A DNA stretch of 60,481 nucleotides, the filler included. It is 6 parts of 6 records of this genome, joined end to end, with 100 filler letters (N's around TTAATTAATTAA, not from the genome) between each part and the next. Parts side by side here need not be neighbours in the genome. Positions count along the whole stretch, not along the records: positions 39,841 to 53,768 come from DRR723986_7091; positions 53,869 to 60,481 come from DRR723986_7107; 4 more parts are not named here. One strand, written 5' to 3'. Below are positions 49,053 to 59,732 of this stretch, piece after piece. The notes beneath the pieces are model-generated. The model saw only the letters and a program-made list of their open reading frames with translations. It was not told where the DNA came from and did not search any database. Each line of letters starts with the position of its first letter. Within the stretch, counting starts at the first letter, position 1. The translations under genes were made by a program, and so were the position numbers.

Positions 49053-49658
49053 ATGACACAGGTAGAATTCCAGACACCATCAACAATTCTCAGCATTAGC
49101 AGCAGTGCACGCACAGCGCAGTCAAGCACAAGAACATTAGCTAAAGAACTTATCGAAGCACTTGGCCCAAGAGCAAAAGTTATCGAACGCGACGTGGCAA
49201 AAGGTGTTCCCTTTATTGATGAAGCATGGGTAAATGCCAACTTCACCCCTGAAGAAGACCGCACGGATGCTCAGCGCAAAACACTTAGCTATTCAGACAG
49301 CTTGATTAATGAACTACAGCAGGCAGACACAATTATCATCGGCCTTCCCATATATAACTTCGGCATACCTGCCAGCCTTAAAGCTTGGGTTGATATGATT
49401 GCTCGTGCCCGGCTCACGTTCAAATACACCCCTGATGGACCAGAAGGCCTTCTAAAGAGAAAGCGCGCATTCTTGGTGGTAGCATCTGGCGGCACGCCAA
49501 TTGACAGTGATATCGATTTTGCAACGAGCTATATGCGCCACGCGTTAAAGTTTGTGGGCATCACTGATGTCACCATCATTGATGCCGCAGAATCCAGCAA
49601 AGGACCTGATACAGCGCTAGCACGAGCAAGACAGCAGGTCTCACAAATCGCTGCGTAA
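49053..49658 (+). CDS. azoR: FMN-dependent NADH-azoreductase
   Basis: SSAR, PIYNFGIPASLKAWVD, TFKYT..GPEGL and ASGG. Confidence 0.92.
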   Translation: MTQVEFQTPSTILSISSSARTAQSSTRTLAKELIEALGPRAKVIERDVAKGVPFIDEAWVNANFTPEEDRTDAQRKTLSYSDSLINELQQADTIIIGLPIYNFGIPASLKAWVDMIARARLTFKYTPDGPEGLLKRKRAFLVVASGGTPIDSDIDFATSYMRHALKFVGITDVTIIDAAESSKGPDTALARARQQVSQIAA

Positions 49659-49663
49659 ACGGT

Positions 49664-51310
49664 TTAGTTGGTAGGAGGTTCAACGGATGCTGAAGAGCTT
49701 ACTTCTTCGCGGTCGTTGGCTTCCTCAAGAAAATCATACAGCTCACTTAGACTAGAATCGCTAATACCCAAAAACATGACAATCGACATGGTAGCCATCA
49801 TGAAACAAAAATAACTAACCCAAATAAATCCCGCCTTTAGGAAGGCTCGGATCCAACCTTGGTCCTGACCAACCTTAAGCGCGATAATGAGATACAATGA
49901 TGTTACCCACCAAAACACCGTAAACGCATTCTCCCCGCCAAGCGCGGGTACAATGAAGGCAAAAACAGTCAACATCACGAATAGGAAACTGTGAAAATGC
50001 AGCGCAAATACAAGTTGGTTCAAATAGTAGCGGCGCTTTCCCCAATGAGTCAGTCGTAAAATACCGGCAAAAACTGGCATCAAAATAACCAGTGCCCAAG
50101 GTAACCATTCATTGAAAAGTTTGTTAAACTCTCGCGGAGACCGCAGTGCCTCCATAAATCCTTCCGTGGCTTTTTTCGCTAAATCTGGTGTATTGGGGTC
50201 CTGCAGGACAAAATCAATATCTTCCTGTTTGATCCCTTCACGGGCAGCATTGTTGTTGGGGACGAACATTGCCACGTCGAAATTATACGGCAAGTCGCCA
50301 ATACTAATGCTTGGCTTATCACTGGCTAAACTCGCCGCAGTTGTTATCGTTTGTACGGCTCGTGAATCCATCGACAATGCAGCCTGCAAAGCCCCACGCG
50401 AACCTGGGTTTAGATCACCGTCCGGGTCGTCAAGAAGTTGGCGTATGCGTTCTTTGGCTACTTCAACATCAGGTGTGCCATTTTCTTCAGAAGCAACAAC
50501 CCCTTCTGCGATGGAAGCCAACAAAGCTTCTAGCTGTTCCGAATCTGTACCACTCGCCGCTTCAATCTGCTCAACAGCTTCCAATATCTTAAGAACTTGT
50601 GCTGCGGCGCGCTGGCTTTGCGCATCGGAAATCGTGCCAGTTTGCTGTTCAATCTGTTCCGCTAATTCACCAGCATCCGGTACGCCCTCTATTTTCAGCG
50701 CCAACGGAGGGGTATCTGGGTTTTCTGGAACAACAAGGTTTTCGCGTATTTTTTCACGCGCTTCTTCAACGGCCTTTTGGGCTTGCTCGCTTCCCCCCAA
50801 GTCGACACCGTCCAACTGCTCTTTAACTTGCGCCTGAATTTGGGCCTCGAGGGCTTCTCGTGCAGCAACCTGCTCAGCCTTGGGGGTAACATGAATATCG
50901 ATAATCAGAATGTTAGCGATGCTTAAGACAGAGAAAAATACGAACAGAAGCACGATATACAGGCGAAACGGCGGCAAGAAACGCGCACGTTTGCCCTCCA
51001 TAAAGGCACGAGACAAACCACCGGGCACCAAAACCAGCATAAGAATGGTTTTGATAATTTTGCTATCGGTATCAAATAGTGCGTCGAACAACTCGCGAAA
51101 GAATGTCCAGATTGGGCGGCGCAAGTCGTCATCGCGTTGCCCGCATATATGACAAAAAGGGCCCGTTAAAGGCGCTCTGCAATTATTGCATTTTACACCG
51201 TCACCGCGCGTATCTTCTTCAATGGATGCATATCTTTCAAGTTGCGCCCGTTCCTTACGAAGCCTGCGCCGTTTCAGTGCGATCGACCATTTTCGAAAAT
51301 ATTTTAGCAT
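49664..51310 (-). CDS. DUF3667 domain membrane protein
   Basis: CNNC...GPFCHICGQ zinc ribbon, PG.L...F.EGKR.R..PPFRLY, and C-terminal TMs with LVFALHFHSF. Confidence 0.88.
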   Translation of the reverse strand: MLKYFRKWSIALKRRRLRKERAQLERYASIEEDTRGDGVKCNNCRAPLTGPFCHICGQRDDDLRRPIWTFFRELFDALFDTDSKIIKTILMLVLVPGGLSRAFMEGKRARFLPPFRLYIVLLFVFFSVLSIANILIIDIHVTPKAEQVAAREALEAQIQAQVKEQLDGVDLGGSEQAQKAVEEAREKIRENLVVPENPDTPPLALKIEGVPDAGELAEQIEQQTGTISDAQSQRAAAQVLKILEAVEQIEAASGTDSEQLEALLASIAEGVVASEENGTPDVEVAKERIRQLLDDPDGDLNPGSRGALQAALSMDSRAVQTITTAASLASDKPSISIGDLPYNFDVAMFVPNNNAAREGIKQEDIDFVLQDPNTPDLAKKATEGFMEALRSPREFNKLFNEWLPWALVILMPVFAGILRLTHWGKRRYYLNQLVFALHFHSFLFVMLTVFAFIVPALGGENAFTVFWWVTSLYLIIALKVGQDQGWIRAFLKAGFIWVSYFCFMMATMSIVMFLGISDSSLSELYDFLEEANDREEVSSSASVEPPTN

Positions 51311-51370
51311 TTTAACCCTCTAACACCTTTATAGCAAAAGGCTTTTAGGGAAGCCAGAATTCGCTTCACT

Positions 51371-52024
51371 TTACCGGGCGGCAAGCACGTGGTCAGCAAC
51401 AAATGGGTTTGACTGTCGTTCAGCACCGAAGGTGGAAAGCGGGCCATGCCCCGGTACAAAGGTCACATCATCACCCAGTGGCCATAGTTTTTCTTGAATA
51501 GCATTCAGCAAGGTTTGCGTATCTCCACGAGGAAAGTCTGTTCGGCCAACAGACCCTTTGAACAAAACATCACCGACAAAAGCAACCCGGTGCGTTCGAT
51601 CAAACAAAATAACATGGCCCGGCGTGTGACCAGGTGTGTGATATACCTCAAGTGATACGTTGCCCACTTGAATGTTATCGCCGTCATTAAGCCATTTATC
51701 AGGTTCGCAGCACTTAAGTCCCCCCATACCATATTGGGCGGCTTGGTCCTCGATTTGATCAAGCCAGAATTTATCTTCCTTGTGCGGTCCGATAATAGGT
51801 AAACCCAGCGTTGCCTTGATGTCTGCGGCACCGCCTGCATGGTCGAGATGACCGTGAGTTAGCAAAAGCTTAGTCAATTTCACACCAAGCTTTTCCACCT
51901 GCGCCAGCAATTTCTCCGGATCACCGCCAGGATCAACCAAAGCTCCTTCCATCGTTTCATCGCACCAGATAATGCTGCAATTCTGAGCAAAACTGGTGAC
52001 CGGAACAATTTGTGCTTTCAACAT
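51371..52024 (-). CDS. MBL-fold metallo-hydrolase (YcbL/GloC-like)
   Basis: THGHLDH, PGHTPGH, GDVLF.GSVGRTDFP and PGHG. Confidence 0.92.
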   Translation of the reverse strand: MLKAQIVPVTSFAQNCSIIWCDETMEGALVDPGGDPEKLLAQVEKLGVKLTKLLLTHGHLDHAGGAADIKATLGLPIIGPHKEDKFWLDQIEDQAAQYGMGGLKCCEPDKWLNDGDNIQVGNVSLEVYHTPGHTPGHVILFDRTHRVAFVGDVLFKGSVGRTDFPRGDTQTLLNAIQEKLWPLGDDVTFVPGHGPLSTFGAERQSNPFVADHVLAAR

Positions 52025-52107
52025 ATTTTACTCCATACACATAGCAGGTGCGCGCTAAACTATAGTCCCAGCGAATATTTTTTCGCGATTATATCTGCCG
52101 AAAATAC

Positions 52108-53205
52108 TTATTTTTTCTGGGCCAACTGCGTCATTAAACTCGTAAGTTGCTTCAAAGTAGCATCTTGAGATGTCATCATCTCTTCAAGCTTATCAAGGCG
52201 TTCATCTATTTCATCGTCATCGTAATCCTCATCACCCACTGCCGCAGCAATAGGTTGATGAGTATCATCAAGCTGCTTTTTGCCCGAATGTTCAAGAGGA
52301 GAGGTTGCATCATGTGCCCCCCCCATAGAGGCATTTGATACACCAGAATGAGCTAGCGATGTTATACGCTCTCGATGTGACGCATTAAGCCGCGTTTCCT
52401 CTTCCATGCCGTCAGCAACACTTTCAAGGTCTTCAAGTCCCAATTCTTTTAGCTCTTCAAGGGCGCCATATAGAAGAAAACGCCCACACAAGGCATTCAA
52501 TTGTCTAGGAATGCCGCCGCTTTTATCATGCAGTGCGGCCAATGCTTCTTCTGTGAAAACAGGATTATTATCCCAGCCAACCATTTTAAGCCTATGCATC
52601 AGATAACCCGTCGTTTCATCTGCTTCCAATGGCTTTAGCTCACAGGTAACAGTTACACATTCGGCAAATGGCTTCAGGGCTGACCCTGAAAAGATTCTCT
52701 CATTAAGACTGAGCTGCCCAATAAGAAGGCAATGCATCAATTGCTTGGCATCGCCTTCCCCTATAATAATATCGCGTAACTCAATAAGCGCCTTATTGGA
52801 CAAGTTTTGTGCTTCATCAATAACCAAAACTGCTTGGGCACCATTGGTCTGCTTTTCTTGGGTAAATGCCCGCAAATTATTCAAAAGCTCTTCTAAAGAA
52901 CCAGCACGGGCATTCAGATCAAATGCGGTTAAAATGGTAACCAGCAGATCTTCGCCCTCAATGCGCGTGTTAGACATCATGCCGCAAACATAATTGCTAT
53001 CGCCCAGCATTACTTGAACATGCCGCGCAAGTGTTGTTTTTCCGGTGCCAATATCACCGGTGACTAACACAAAGCCGTCAGGGTCTTTTACGTCGCCAGA
53101 GAAATACTCGATAATCTGATCATGAGACCGAGACTGAAAATAATATTTGGGATCGGGCGTCAGCTGAAATGGACGACCGCTCAGTTTATAATAATCATCA
53201 TACAT
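52108..53205 (-). CDS. ExeA-family AAA ATPase (XrtA/PEP-CTERM-associated-like)
   Basis: PFQLTPDP, GDIGTGKTT, VIDEAQNL and SGGIPR. Confidence 0.88.
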   Translation of the reverse strand: MYDDYYKLSGRPFQLTPDPKYYFQSRSHDQIIEYFSGDVKDPDGFVLVTGDIGTGKTTLARHVQVMLGDSNYVCGMMSNTRIEGEDLLVTILTAFDLNARAGSLEELLNNLRAFTQEKQTNGAQAVLVIDEAQNLSNKALIELRDIIIGEGDAKQLMHCLLIGQLSLNERIFSGSALKPFAECVTVTCELKPLEADETTGYLMHRLKMVGWDNNPVFTEEALAALHDKSGGIPRQLNALCGRFLLYGALEELKELGLEDLESVADGMEEETRLNASHRERITSLAHSGVSNASMGGAHDATSPLEHSGKKQLDDTHQPIAAAVGDEDYDDDEIDERLDKLEEMMTSQDATLKQLTSLMTQLAQKK

Positions 53206-53617
53206 GCTGCATTATCCCGTGTTTGCCCCAAATCATGCCGTCAAAAGATGAATGGTTGTCCAAGCCTATTAGTTACCTGACTCCCGGAAAAAATAATATA
53301 CACATTGCTGCACGATGGCCAACCTTCAATATCATGCAAATACAGCAACATCATAAACTATGCATCGCTGCCATAGATCAAAGATACCAATTTAAGGAAT
53401 GGATATGCCGGCACCGCTGCCAGCCTAACACCGGAGGGGTTCTTACACCTAGGGTTAGCCCTAATAATTAGCGCTGCGCAGTGATTTATATCTGTATAAA
53501 TCTTCCACATTGTTATAGCAGTATGCAAGGTTATAGTTTTGTTATGCTTCTGCAGTATTAGTGGTAATTTGAAACCTTCAAATAGGCTTCACCGACAGCA
53601 CCAGGAAAGAATAGTTA

Positions 53618-53768
53618 ATGTTACGTCAGATAATAGCACCTGCATTGCTGGCAATTATACTCCTAGCATCTACCCTAGGCGTTACATTTGTCTTTATGGC
53701 GCACCGTATGGATACAGATAGCTTTGAAAGCGAACGGCGCTTGCTTGCTGCTGAATTAGACACAAAAC
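53618..53768 (+). CDS. N-terminal fragment of a membrane-anchored (sensor-like) protein
   Basis: AGGA SD, ATG and TM helix; truncated by the spacer. Confidence 0.5.
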
Positions 53769-53868
53769 NNNNNNNNNNNNNNNNNNNNNNNNNNNNNNNN
53801 NNNNNNNNNNNNTTAATTAATTAANNNNNNNNNNNNNNNNNNNNNNNNNNNNNNNNNNNNNNNNNNNN
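53769..53868. other. Artificial contig spacer
   Basis: N44-TTAATTAATTAA-N44. Confidence 0.98.
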
Positions 53869-55110
53869 AACCTGGGGGTTGAGCACGACGGCATACGTGA
53901 GGTGATACTGCGAGCGTGGGTCCTCCTGGCGCAACACAACACCGAGCGAGGGTGACTCGAGATCTTCTTCGTCTTGAATAATCCCAAAGACACTCCGGGG
54001 CCAACCGGTGGTCTGTTGAGGCATCACCAAACGAATGGGGCTAGAGGGAATAGGAACGAGCGCGCTGGATTCTGGGTCTGCTCGTTGCACAATGTAGGCG
54101 GTGCGGCGCGTGGACAACATCGGGTCTTGAACCCTCGGGCCCAACAAGTTGATCGAGAGTTCTTCATCGGCGAGGCGAATCTGCGCCGCCACACTGGACA
54201 TAATTCTCGAGAATTGAAGCTCCGTGACCGCGGGGTAGGGCTTAGTGGCCAGAACGGGCGCCTCGGTCACCTCGGAAGCAGCCGGGGGTGTCGTCACTGG
54301 GGAGCAGCCACCCAGGAGGAGTCCGCCCACCAGAGGAAGTGCCACGAAACCAGCAACGCGGCGTCCCCCGCGCGGCGGTGCAGGCTTGCGCTTGGGAGCG
54401 ACCCGCGTGCGCGAGCGTCGAGGACGCTTAGGCATTCTCGTTTTCTTCCGACGCGGTCCCTTGTTGTTGCGATAGTGCACTAGTGCTGTCAGCACGGCAA
54501 TGAACCCGGCAATCAAGGTGATCACACCGACGATGATGGCCGCCAACACCAGGGGCGCATCATTGCTCACCGGCCAGGTGATGGTGACATCGGTGGGGGC
54601 TGGCAACACACCATCAGACATGATCAACACCGTCATGTCTTCGGGCGCCGCAAGAGCCAACGACAGTGAGGACGTTCCGGAAAATTCTTGCAACCACATG
54701 TCCGAGCCACGGGGGTCAGGAGCAAAAAGTTCCCCAGAGCGCGGCAACGCTGTCCACGAATCGCTGGGTGCATCGAAAGAGAGGACCGTGTGACGCGTCG
54801 GAGACAACCAGGCCAGCACGTCTGGTGAGCGACCATAAGCGACGAACAATTCAGAAGGCTTCCGAATCTCAAAGCCCACTCCGGATTCAGCCGGCACACG
54901 CGCGCCAATGGTCCCCGAGATCGTGATGGTCGGACGCCCCGGGAAGGCGAGCAAATCGTTGCCGCGCAGAATCGTGGCCGGTGCTTTGTTATCCAGTGAG
55001 ATGGTGCGCACAATCGAGTCGGGTGCATCAAATACGGTGCGCTGTGCGATACCCCAGGTGAGGGAGACAATCGAGACGACCCACAGCACAATGGCCACGA
55101 TTAATCGCAC
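53869..55110 (-). CDS. Conserved actinobacterial membrane protein, 3'-truncated
   Basis: GAGGTG SD and GTG start; N-terminal TM, central TM, Arg/Lys-rich linker and internal LLLGGC segment. Confidence 0.75.
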
Positions 55111-55262
55111 GATTCACCTCGTTCCTGGCAAAAGATAGCGTCTGCGAGGCGAACCCTCGAGCGCTCTCCAGGGTAGCCGATGAGACAGTGCTTTCCCTTC
55201 CCACCTCGGGTTACACTATGGGAGGCTCAACCGCCTCAGACACCTAAGGGATTCACACCAGC

Positions 55263-56585
55263 ATGGCCAACGAAGACACTGAGTTCTCCACCGAACTGCG
55301 CGGCTACAAACGCAGTGAGGTAGACAGCGCCCTCAATGAACTCCGCGGCGAACTCATCAAGGCTGCGAAAGATCGCCAGTCCATGCTCGAAGAAGTAGCT
55401 GGTCTGAAAGAACAGATCAGCGCTCTGGGCGGAGCTCCCGGTGGGGCGCTTGCTCCCAGCTATGCGGGCCTGGGCGGACGGCTTGAGTCCATTCTGCGCA
55501 TCGCCGAAGAACAATCCACTCGGATTATTGGCCAGGCAGATATCGATGCCGAGCGTATTATCGCCAACGCCAAACTCGAAGCCGCCCAGATCACTGAATC
55601 AACAAGACTCGAGAGCATCGCCGCGGCGGAAGAACTCACGAATTCCAGCGCCACCACCCTCGAGGGTGCTCAAGCAAAGGCAGAGGCTCTCGTGGCAGAA
55701 GCCACCGAAGAAGCAGAGCGTCTGCGCGCCGAAGCGATCGAAGAAGCTTCCTCGATTAGAGGTGCCGTTGCCACAGAGGCAGCTAGGTTACGGGCCACGG
55801 CAAAACGTGAAAGTGACGCTCTTCGCGCCGAAACCACCCGTGAGATTTCCGAGCTCAAAGCGGTCGCGAAACAGGCTCTTCACGAAGCCAAGCGCGACAT
55901 GGAAAATGTGGCCAAGGAAATCGAAGCCGAGCGCGCCAGTCACGAACTCACGTTGAAAAAGATTCAGGAGGAAGCTGCCCTCGCGCAGACAAACCTCCAG
56001 CGTGAAGTCGCCCAAACCACCTCACGCTTAGCTTCAGACAACAAGAAGCAAGCAGAGGTTCTCGCCGATCAGGCGCAACAAGCGCGAGCCGATCTCGATG
56101 CTGAATTAGCAGCCCGACGAGCAGAGGCCGAAAGGGAACTTCTCGAAGCCCACCAGAACGCCGTAGAGCTAAATAACCGTTTCCTATCCGAAGCCGAGAG
56201 CCAGCTGCTGGAAACCAAATCTCGACTTGCTGAAGTCCGCAAAGATCACAAGCGAATTACCGCCGCCATCGACCTGGCCAATGAGACCGGTCGCACTGAG
56301 GCTGATAAGCAAGCTAAGAAGTTGGTGGCTGACGCCCAAAAACGCGCTGGAGAAATCATCCGCGAAGCAGAAGAGGATGCCACTGCTCGGGTAGCTCAGG
56401 CAGAGAGCCGTCTTATCGAGTTGCGGGCAGAGCGCAAGACCATTGCCGAATACGTCCAGTCCCTGCGTGCCATCGTGGGAGACGTGGTGACCACCGAATC
56501 ACAGGCAGCCAACAAGAAACCTAGGGCGACTCGTCGGGCCAAGCCGCCGGCAAAGGCCACGCGTCCGGATTCAGCCGCTTCGTAA
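55263..56585 (+). CDS. DivIVA-domain coiled-coil protein (FilP/Scy-like)
   Basis: F...LRGYKRSEVD DivIVA motif, YAGLGGRLESILRIAEEQ and a long Ala/Glu coiled coil. Confidence 0.85.
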   Translation: MANEDTEFSTELRGYKRSEVDSALNELRGELIKAAKDRQSMLEEVAGLKEQISALGGAPGGALAPSYAGLGGRLESILRIAEEQSTRIIGQADIDAERIIANAKLEAAQITESTRLESIAAAEELTNSSATTLEGAQAKAEALVAEATEEAERLRAEAIEEASSIRGAVATEAARLRATAKRESDALRAETTREISELKAVAKQALHEAKRDMENVAKEIEAERASHELTLKKIQEEAALAQTNLQREVAQTTSRLASDNKKQAEVLADQAQQARADLDAELAARRAEAERELLEAHQNAVELNNRFLSEAESQLLETKSRLAEVRKDHKRITAAIDLANETGRTEADKQAKKLVADAQKRAGEIIREAEEDATARVAQAESRLIELRAERKTIAEYVQSLRAIVGDVVTTESQAANKKPRATRRAKPPAKATRPDSAAS

Positions 56586-57246
56586 TTTCGCCCAGCACAA
56601 AGCTTGTCTGCTTTTCGCCCACCCAGAGGTGTTTAGCCCCGTGTGCTTCCACAAGCTCAATATTTGCTGCCACGCCAAAGCGAGTCCTCGCGGGCTCTGG
56701 GGGCAAGAAATCATCAAACTCGGGAATCAAGGCCACCACAGGAACGCTGACATCGGACCACGCGGCGACGTCGCTCTGCGTTGCTCGATGCAGCGGGGGC
56801 GAGAGCAACAGAACCCCTGAAATGCGATCGACCAGGGCACGAGCGTGTTTGAGAATCACTTCGGTGCCAAAGGACCAGCCGATGAGCCACGGGGCTGGCA
56901 GCCCTTGAGCCTGGACAAAATCTAGTGCGGCAACCAGGTCATGAGCTTCCTCAATCCCCTCGCCGAAAGTTCCCTCCGACGTTCCCCGGGGTGAGCTCAC
57001 CCCCCGAAAGTTGAACCGCAGCACAGCGATATCCGCAAGCGCTGGTAATCGCCACGCTGCTTTTCGAATCACATGGGAATCCATGAAGCCACCTGCTGTG
57101 GGCAAGGGGTGTAGAAACAGCGCGGTGGCCGCCGGTGGGTGGTGCTCTGGTACCGAGAGCTCCCCCACCAGAGTGAGGCCATCAGAGGTGCGAAAACTCA
57201 CCTCGGTACGGGTTGCGGGAAGAACGGTCGTAGAGGTAATCAGCAT
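56521..57246 (-). CDS. Alpha/beta hydrolase
   Basis: HPLPTAGG.MDS, RFNFRG, GWSFG nucleophile and HLW. Confidence 0.9.
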   Translation of the reverse strand: MLITSTTVLPATRTEVSFRTSDGLTLVGELSVPEHHPPAATALFLHPLPTAGGFMDSHVIRKAAWRLPALADIAVLRFNFRGVSSPRGTSEGTFGEGIEEAHDLVAALDFVQAQGLPAPWLIGWSFGTEVILKHARALVDRISGVLLLSPPLHRATQSDVAAWSDVSVPVVALIPEFDDFLPPEPARTRFGVAANIELVEAHGAKHLWVGEKQTSFVLGEITKRLNPDAWPLPAAWPDESP

Positions 57247-57554
57247 TAGTAGATCCTCCAGCAGTGTTTGTGCCAGTGGCGTCGCTCAGAGACATCGCGT
57301 TCTTCGCCCATAATTCCGTCATTTCGCCACGCCACAAGATGGGCAACACCCACGTCCACGCTGAGGTGACACCCGGGGCAGGTGTAGGTCTTTTGCGCAT
57401 TTTTTTCGCTAATCGGCTGGACTGTGTAGGTATAGCCCCGTTTGCTTTCGGTTCGACGAAACCCTGTGGTCAGGCGATCCATATCGAGAGCTTCGGGCTC
57501 CTCACGCCCTCTGCCTCGGGAACGATTATTTTTGGGTCGATTACTGCGAGGCAT
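57246..57554 (-). CDS. Small conserved actinobacterial Zn-finger-like protein (often annotated ATP/GTP-binding protein)
   Basis: MPRSNRP..., KTYTCPGC, HLVAW and RRHWHKHCW. Confidence 0.85.
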   Translation of the reverse strand: MPRSNRPKNNRSRGRGREEPEALDMDRLTTGFRRTESKRGYTYTVQPISEKNAQKTYTCPGCHLSVDVGVAHLVAWRNDGIMGEERDVSERRHWHKHCWRIY

Positions 57555-57556
57555 GC

Positions 57557-58135
57557 CTAGTACCAATTCTTCTGTTGCGAATGACCCCAGGCTGCGCAGG
57601 GGGAACCGTATCGGGCATCGATATATCCCAATCCCCACCTAATTTGAGTAGCCGGATTGGTAGCCCAGTCAGCACCGGCACTGGCCATTTTGTCGCCGGG
57701 TAACGCCTGAGGAATTCCGTAGGCTCCCGAGGACGGATTCAGCGCACCGTGATTCCACTGCGATTCTTTGTTCCACAGAGCTACCAAGCAGGAAAATTCA
57801 CTGGCATTCCAGCCCCTATCCAGAACCAAATCCTGGGCAATTGCCTGGGAGGTGCCGGGGTCGAAATTACCCGCAGCCGGAGCAGAGCCCCAACCGCCGC
57901 TGACACCGAACTCTTCGCGATTGAGGTTAGTTGCCGAGCTAGTGATCATGAGGTTTTGCTTGTTTGCAGCCACTTGCGCATATCCGGCGGGGTCGAGGGA
58001 TGGCGAAGTGCCCGCCAGAGGAAGTGCTACGAAAGCAGCGACAGCAAGAATCGCCACCACGGGGGTGACGCGTCTCGGCGAGGGTGCGGCGGTCACCGGG
58101 GGCCGACGCAGGCGCAGACGCTCAAGGTTGTTCAC
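57557..58135 (-). CDS. Lytic transglycosylase domain protein
   Basis: CLVALWNKESQW, SGAYGIPQALPG, NPATQIRWGLGYI..RYG.PC.AW. Confidence 0.9.
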   Translation of the reverse strand: MNNLERLRLRRPPVTAAPSPRRVTPVVAILAVAAFVALPLAGTSPSLDPAGYAQVAANKQNLMITSSATNLNREEFGVSGGWGSAPAAGNFDPGTSQAIAQDLVLDRGWNASEFSCLVALWNKESQWNHGALNPSSGAYGIPQALPGDKMASAGADWATNPATQIRWGLGYIDARYGSPCAAWGHSQQKNWY

Positions 58136-58176
58136 AACGAGAACAGTCTAAGTCAGGCACTCTGGGCACGTGCTGG

Positions 58177-58722
58177 CTATCGAACGGCCAACATCACCGA
58201 AATAGTGTCATCCAACAGGGCATCCACCTGGGCCTCGTCATATCCCCCCAGAGAGGTACGAAGCAAGGCGCGCCTCACGGCCGAGACCGAGAGTGATTGG
58301 TTTTGCTGGAAGTAGCTCGCTACTTGATCACACAGGGCATCCACGTCGCCGACGTGATACCCGGGGCGAAGAAGGGACGTCGTGCGAAATTTCAGCTTGG
58401 CCGGTCTCGCTACGCGATCCAGAATCTCTTGGGCGCGCTCGCGAACATCCTTGTAATAGTTCTCTTCCCCCACGGCCTCGGTTTCGCTTAATCGCTCTTT
58501 ATCCGCGAAAGCTTCTTCGAGTCGCCACAGGGCCTCATCAACATCTTTGGTAGCAAAACCTTCTTTGCTCACCAGGGGGAACACTTTGTGGCGAATATCA
58601 GCCGAGGTGAGACCATCCTCGGCGCCCTCGAACACCCGCTTGGCACGCTCGAGAAACTCCTGGACCACCTCTGGGTCATATCCAGGCATACCTTTATCGG
58701 CTAAGGGGAAGGGACTATCCAC
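58177..58722 (-). CDS. DivIVA-repeat domain protein
   Basis: Repeated GYDPEVV / GFATKDVD / GYHVGDVD / GYDEAQVD motifs. GTG 58722 preferred. Confidence 0.85.
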   Translation of the reverse strand: MDSPFPLADKGMPGYDPEVVQEFLERAKRVFEGAEDGLTSADIRHKVFPLVSKEGFATKDVDEALWRLEEAFADKERLSETEAVGEENYYKDVRERAQEILDRVARPAKLKFRTTSLLRPGYHVGDVDALCDQVASYFQQNQSLSVSAVRRALLRTSLGGYDEAQVDALLDDTISVMLAVR

Positions 58723-58766
58723 GTGACTATTGTGCCAGCGAAGAGGCAAAAACCGCGGTGGACTGG

Positions 58767-59732
58767 CTAGGTGGCGAATATTTGAAACATCACAAACAAC
58801 ATCGCCATCGAGGGCAACATGGAATCCAGTCGATCTAAGAAACCACCGTGACCGGGCAACCACGACGAAATATCTTTGATTTCAAGGTCTCGCTTAATCA
58901 GTGACTCCACGAGATCCCCCAGCGTGGCAGATCCCAAGAGTACGAGCCCGAGAAGTAGTCCCACCCAGACACCCACGTCGAGGAGGAAAAAGCCCAGGAG
59001 CCCGCCGGCAATCAGAGCAGCAGCACTCGAGCCAGCGAATCCTTCCCAGGTTTTTTTGGGCGAAATTTTTGGCGCAAGAGGGGTTTTCCCCAAGCTGACC
59101 CCGGTCGCGTAGGCGCCGGTGTCCACACTGGCCACAATCACGACACCCGCCAGGACCCACAAAACCCCACCGGGGCTGGCGGCAATGGCCACCGCAAAGC
59201 TTCCTAAGAAGGGGATATAGGCAAGGACCAACACGGCAACACCGCTATCGGTAAGCCACGTACCCCGCGATGATGGCTGAAACAGCGCTCGCCCCGCCCG
59301 AAGCGTCACCGCGACCACAATCGCTCCCACCAGCGACCACAGTTGGCCAGCCGGACCTAACACCCAGGAGAGGGGAACCATCACAGCAGAGAGGATGACC
59401 AGCGGCCACCGAGAGCCCAGACGTCCCTTCGCTGCGAGTGCTCCCGCCAGCTCTAAGACAGCGAAAACAACGAGAACAGTGATGAAGAGGACGAAGAGTT
59501 CCTCCAGCCACAACAAACTGCCCAGGAATACAGCCCCCAGACCTAGGCCAATAGCAATGGCTTGCCACAACGGCCGCCCAGCCCGCTGGTCAATGCGGGC
59601 ATTAACATCGCGGACCTGGTCCTCAAAATCATGAACCACCGATTCCAGGTGATCCAGTTGTTCGGTAACGGGAGAAGGTAAAAAGCTTTTCTTGCTCTTT
59701 TTGCGCCCGGAAGTGCCTGCTGGAGTGCTCAT
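58767..59732 (-). CDS. cdsA: Phosphatidate cytidylyltransferase
   Basis: DTGAY, ISPKKTWEG and GDLVESLIKR...KD...LPGHGGFLDRLDS. Confidence 0.95.
   Translation of the reverse strand: MSTPAGTSGRKKSKKSFLPSPVTEQLDHLESVVHDFEDQVRDVNARIDQRAGRPLWQAIAIGLGLGAVFLGSLLWLEELFVLFITVLVVFAVLELAGALAAKGRLGSRWPLVILSAVMVPLSWVLGPAGQLWSLVGAIVVAVTLRAGRALFQPSSRGTWLTDSGVAVLVLAYIPFLGSFAVAIAASPGGVLWVLAGVVIVASVDTGAYATGVSLGKTPLAPKISPKKTWEGFAGSSAAALIAGGLLGFFLLDVGVWVGLLLGLVLLGSATLGDLVESLIKRDLEIKDISSWLPGHGGFLDRLDSMLPSMAMLFVMFQIFAT

Noticed and set aside
6976-53824. Recurring TTAATTAATTAA motif, and ORFs ending in ...XXXLIN
   Set aside because: Synthetic six-frame-stop linker inside N runs; not biological.
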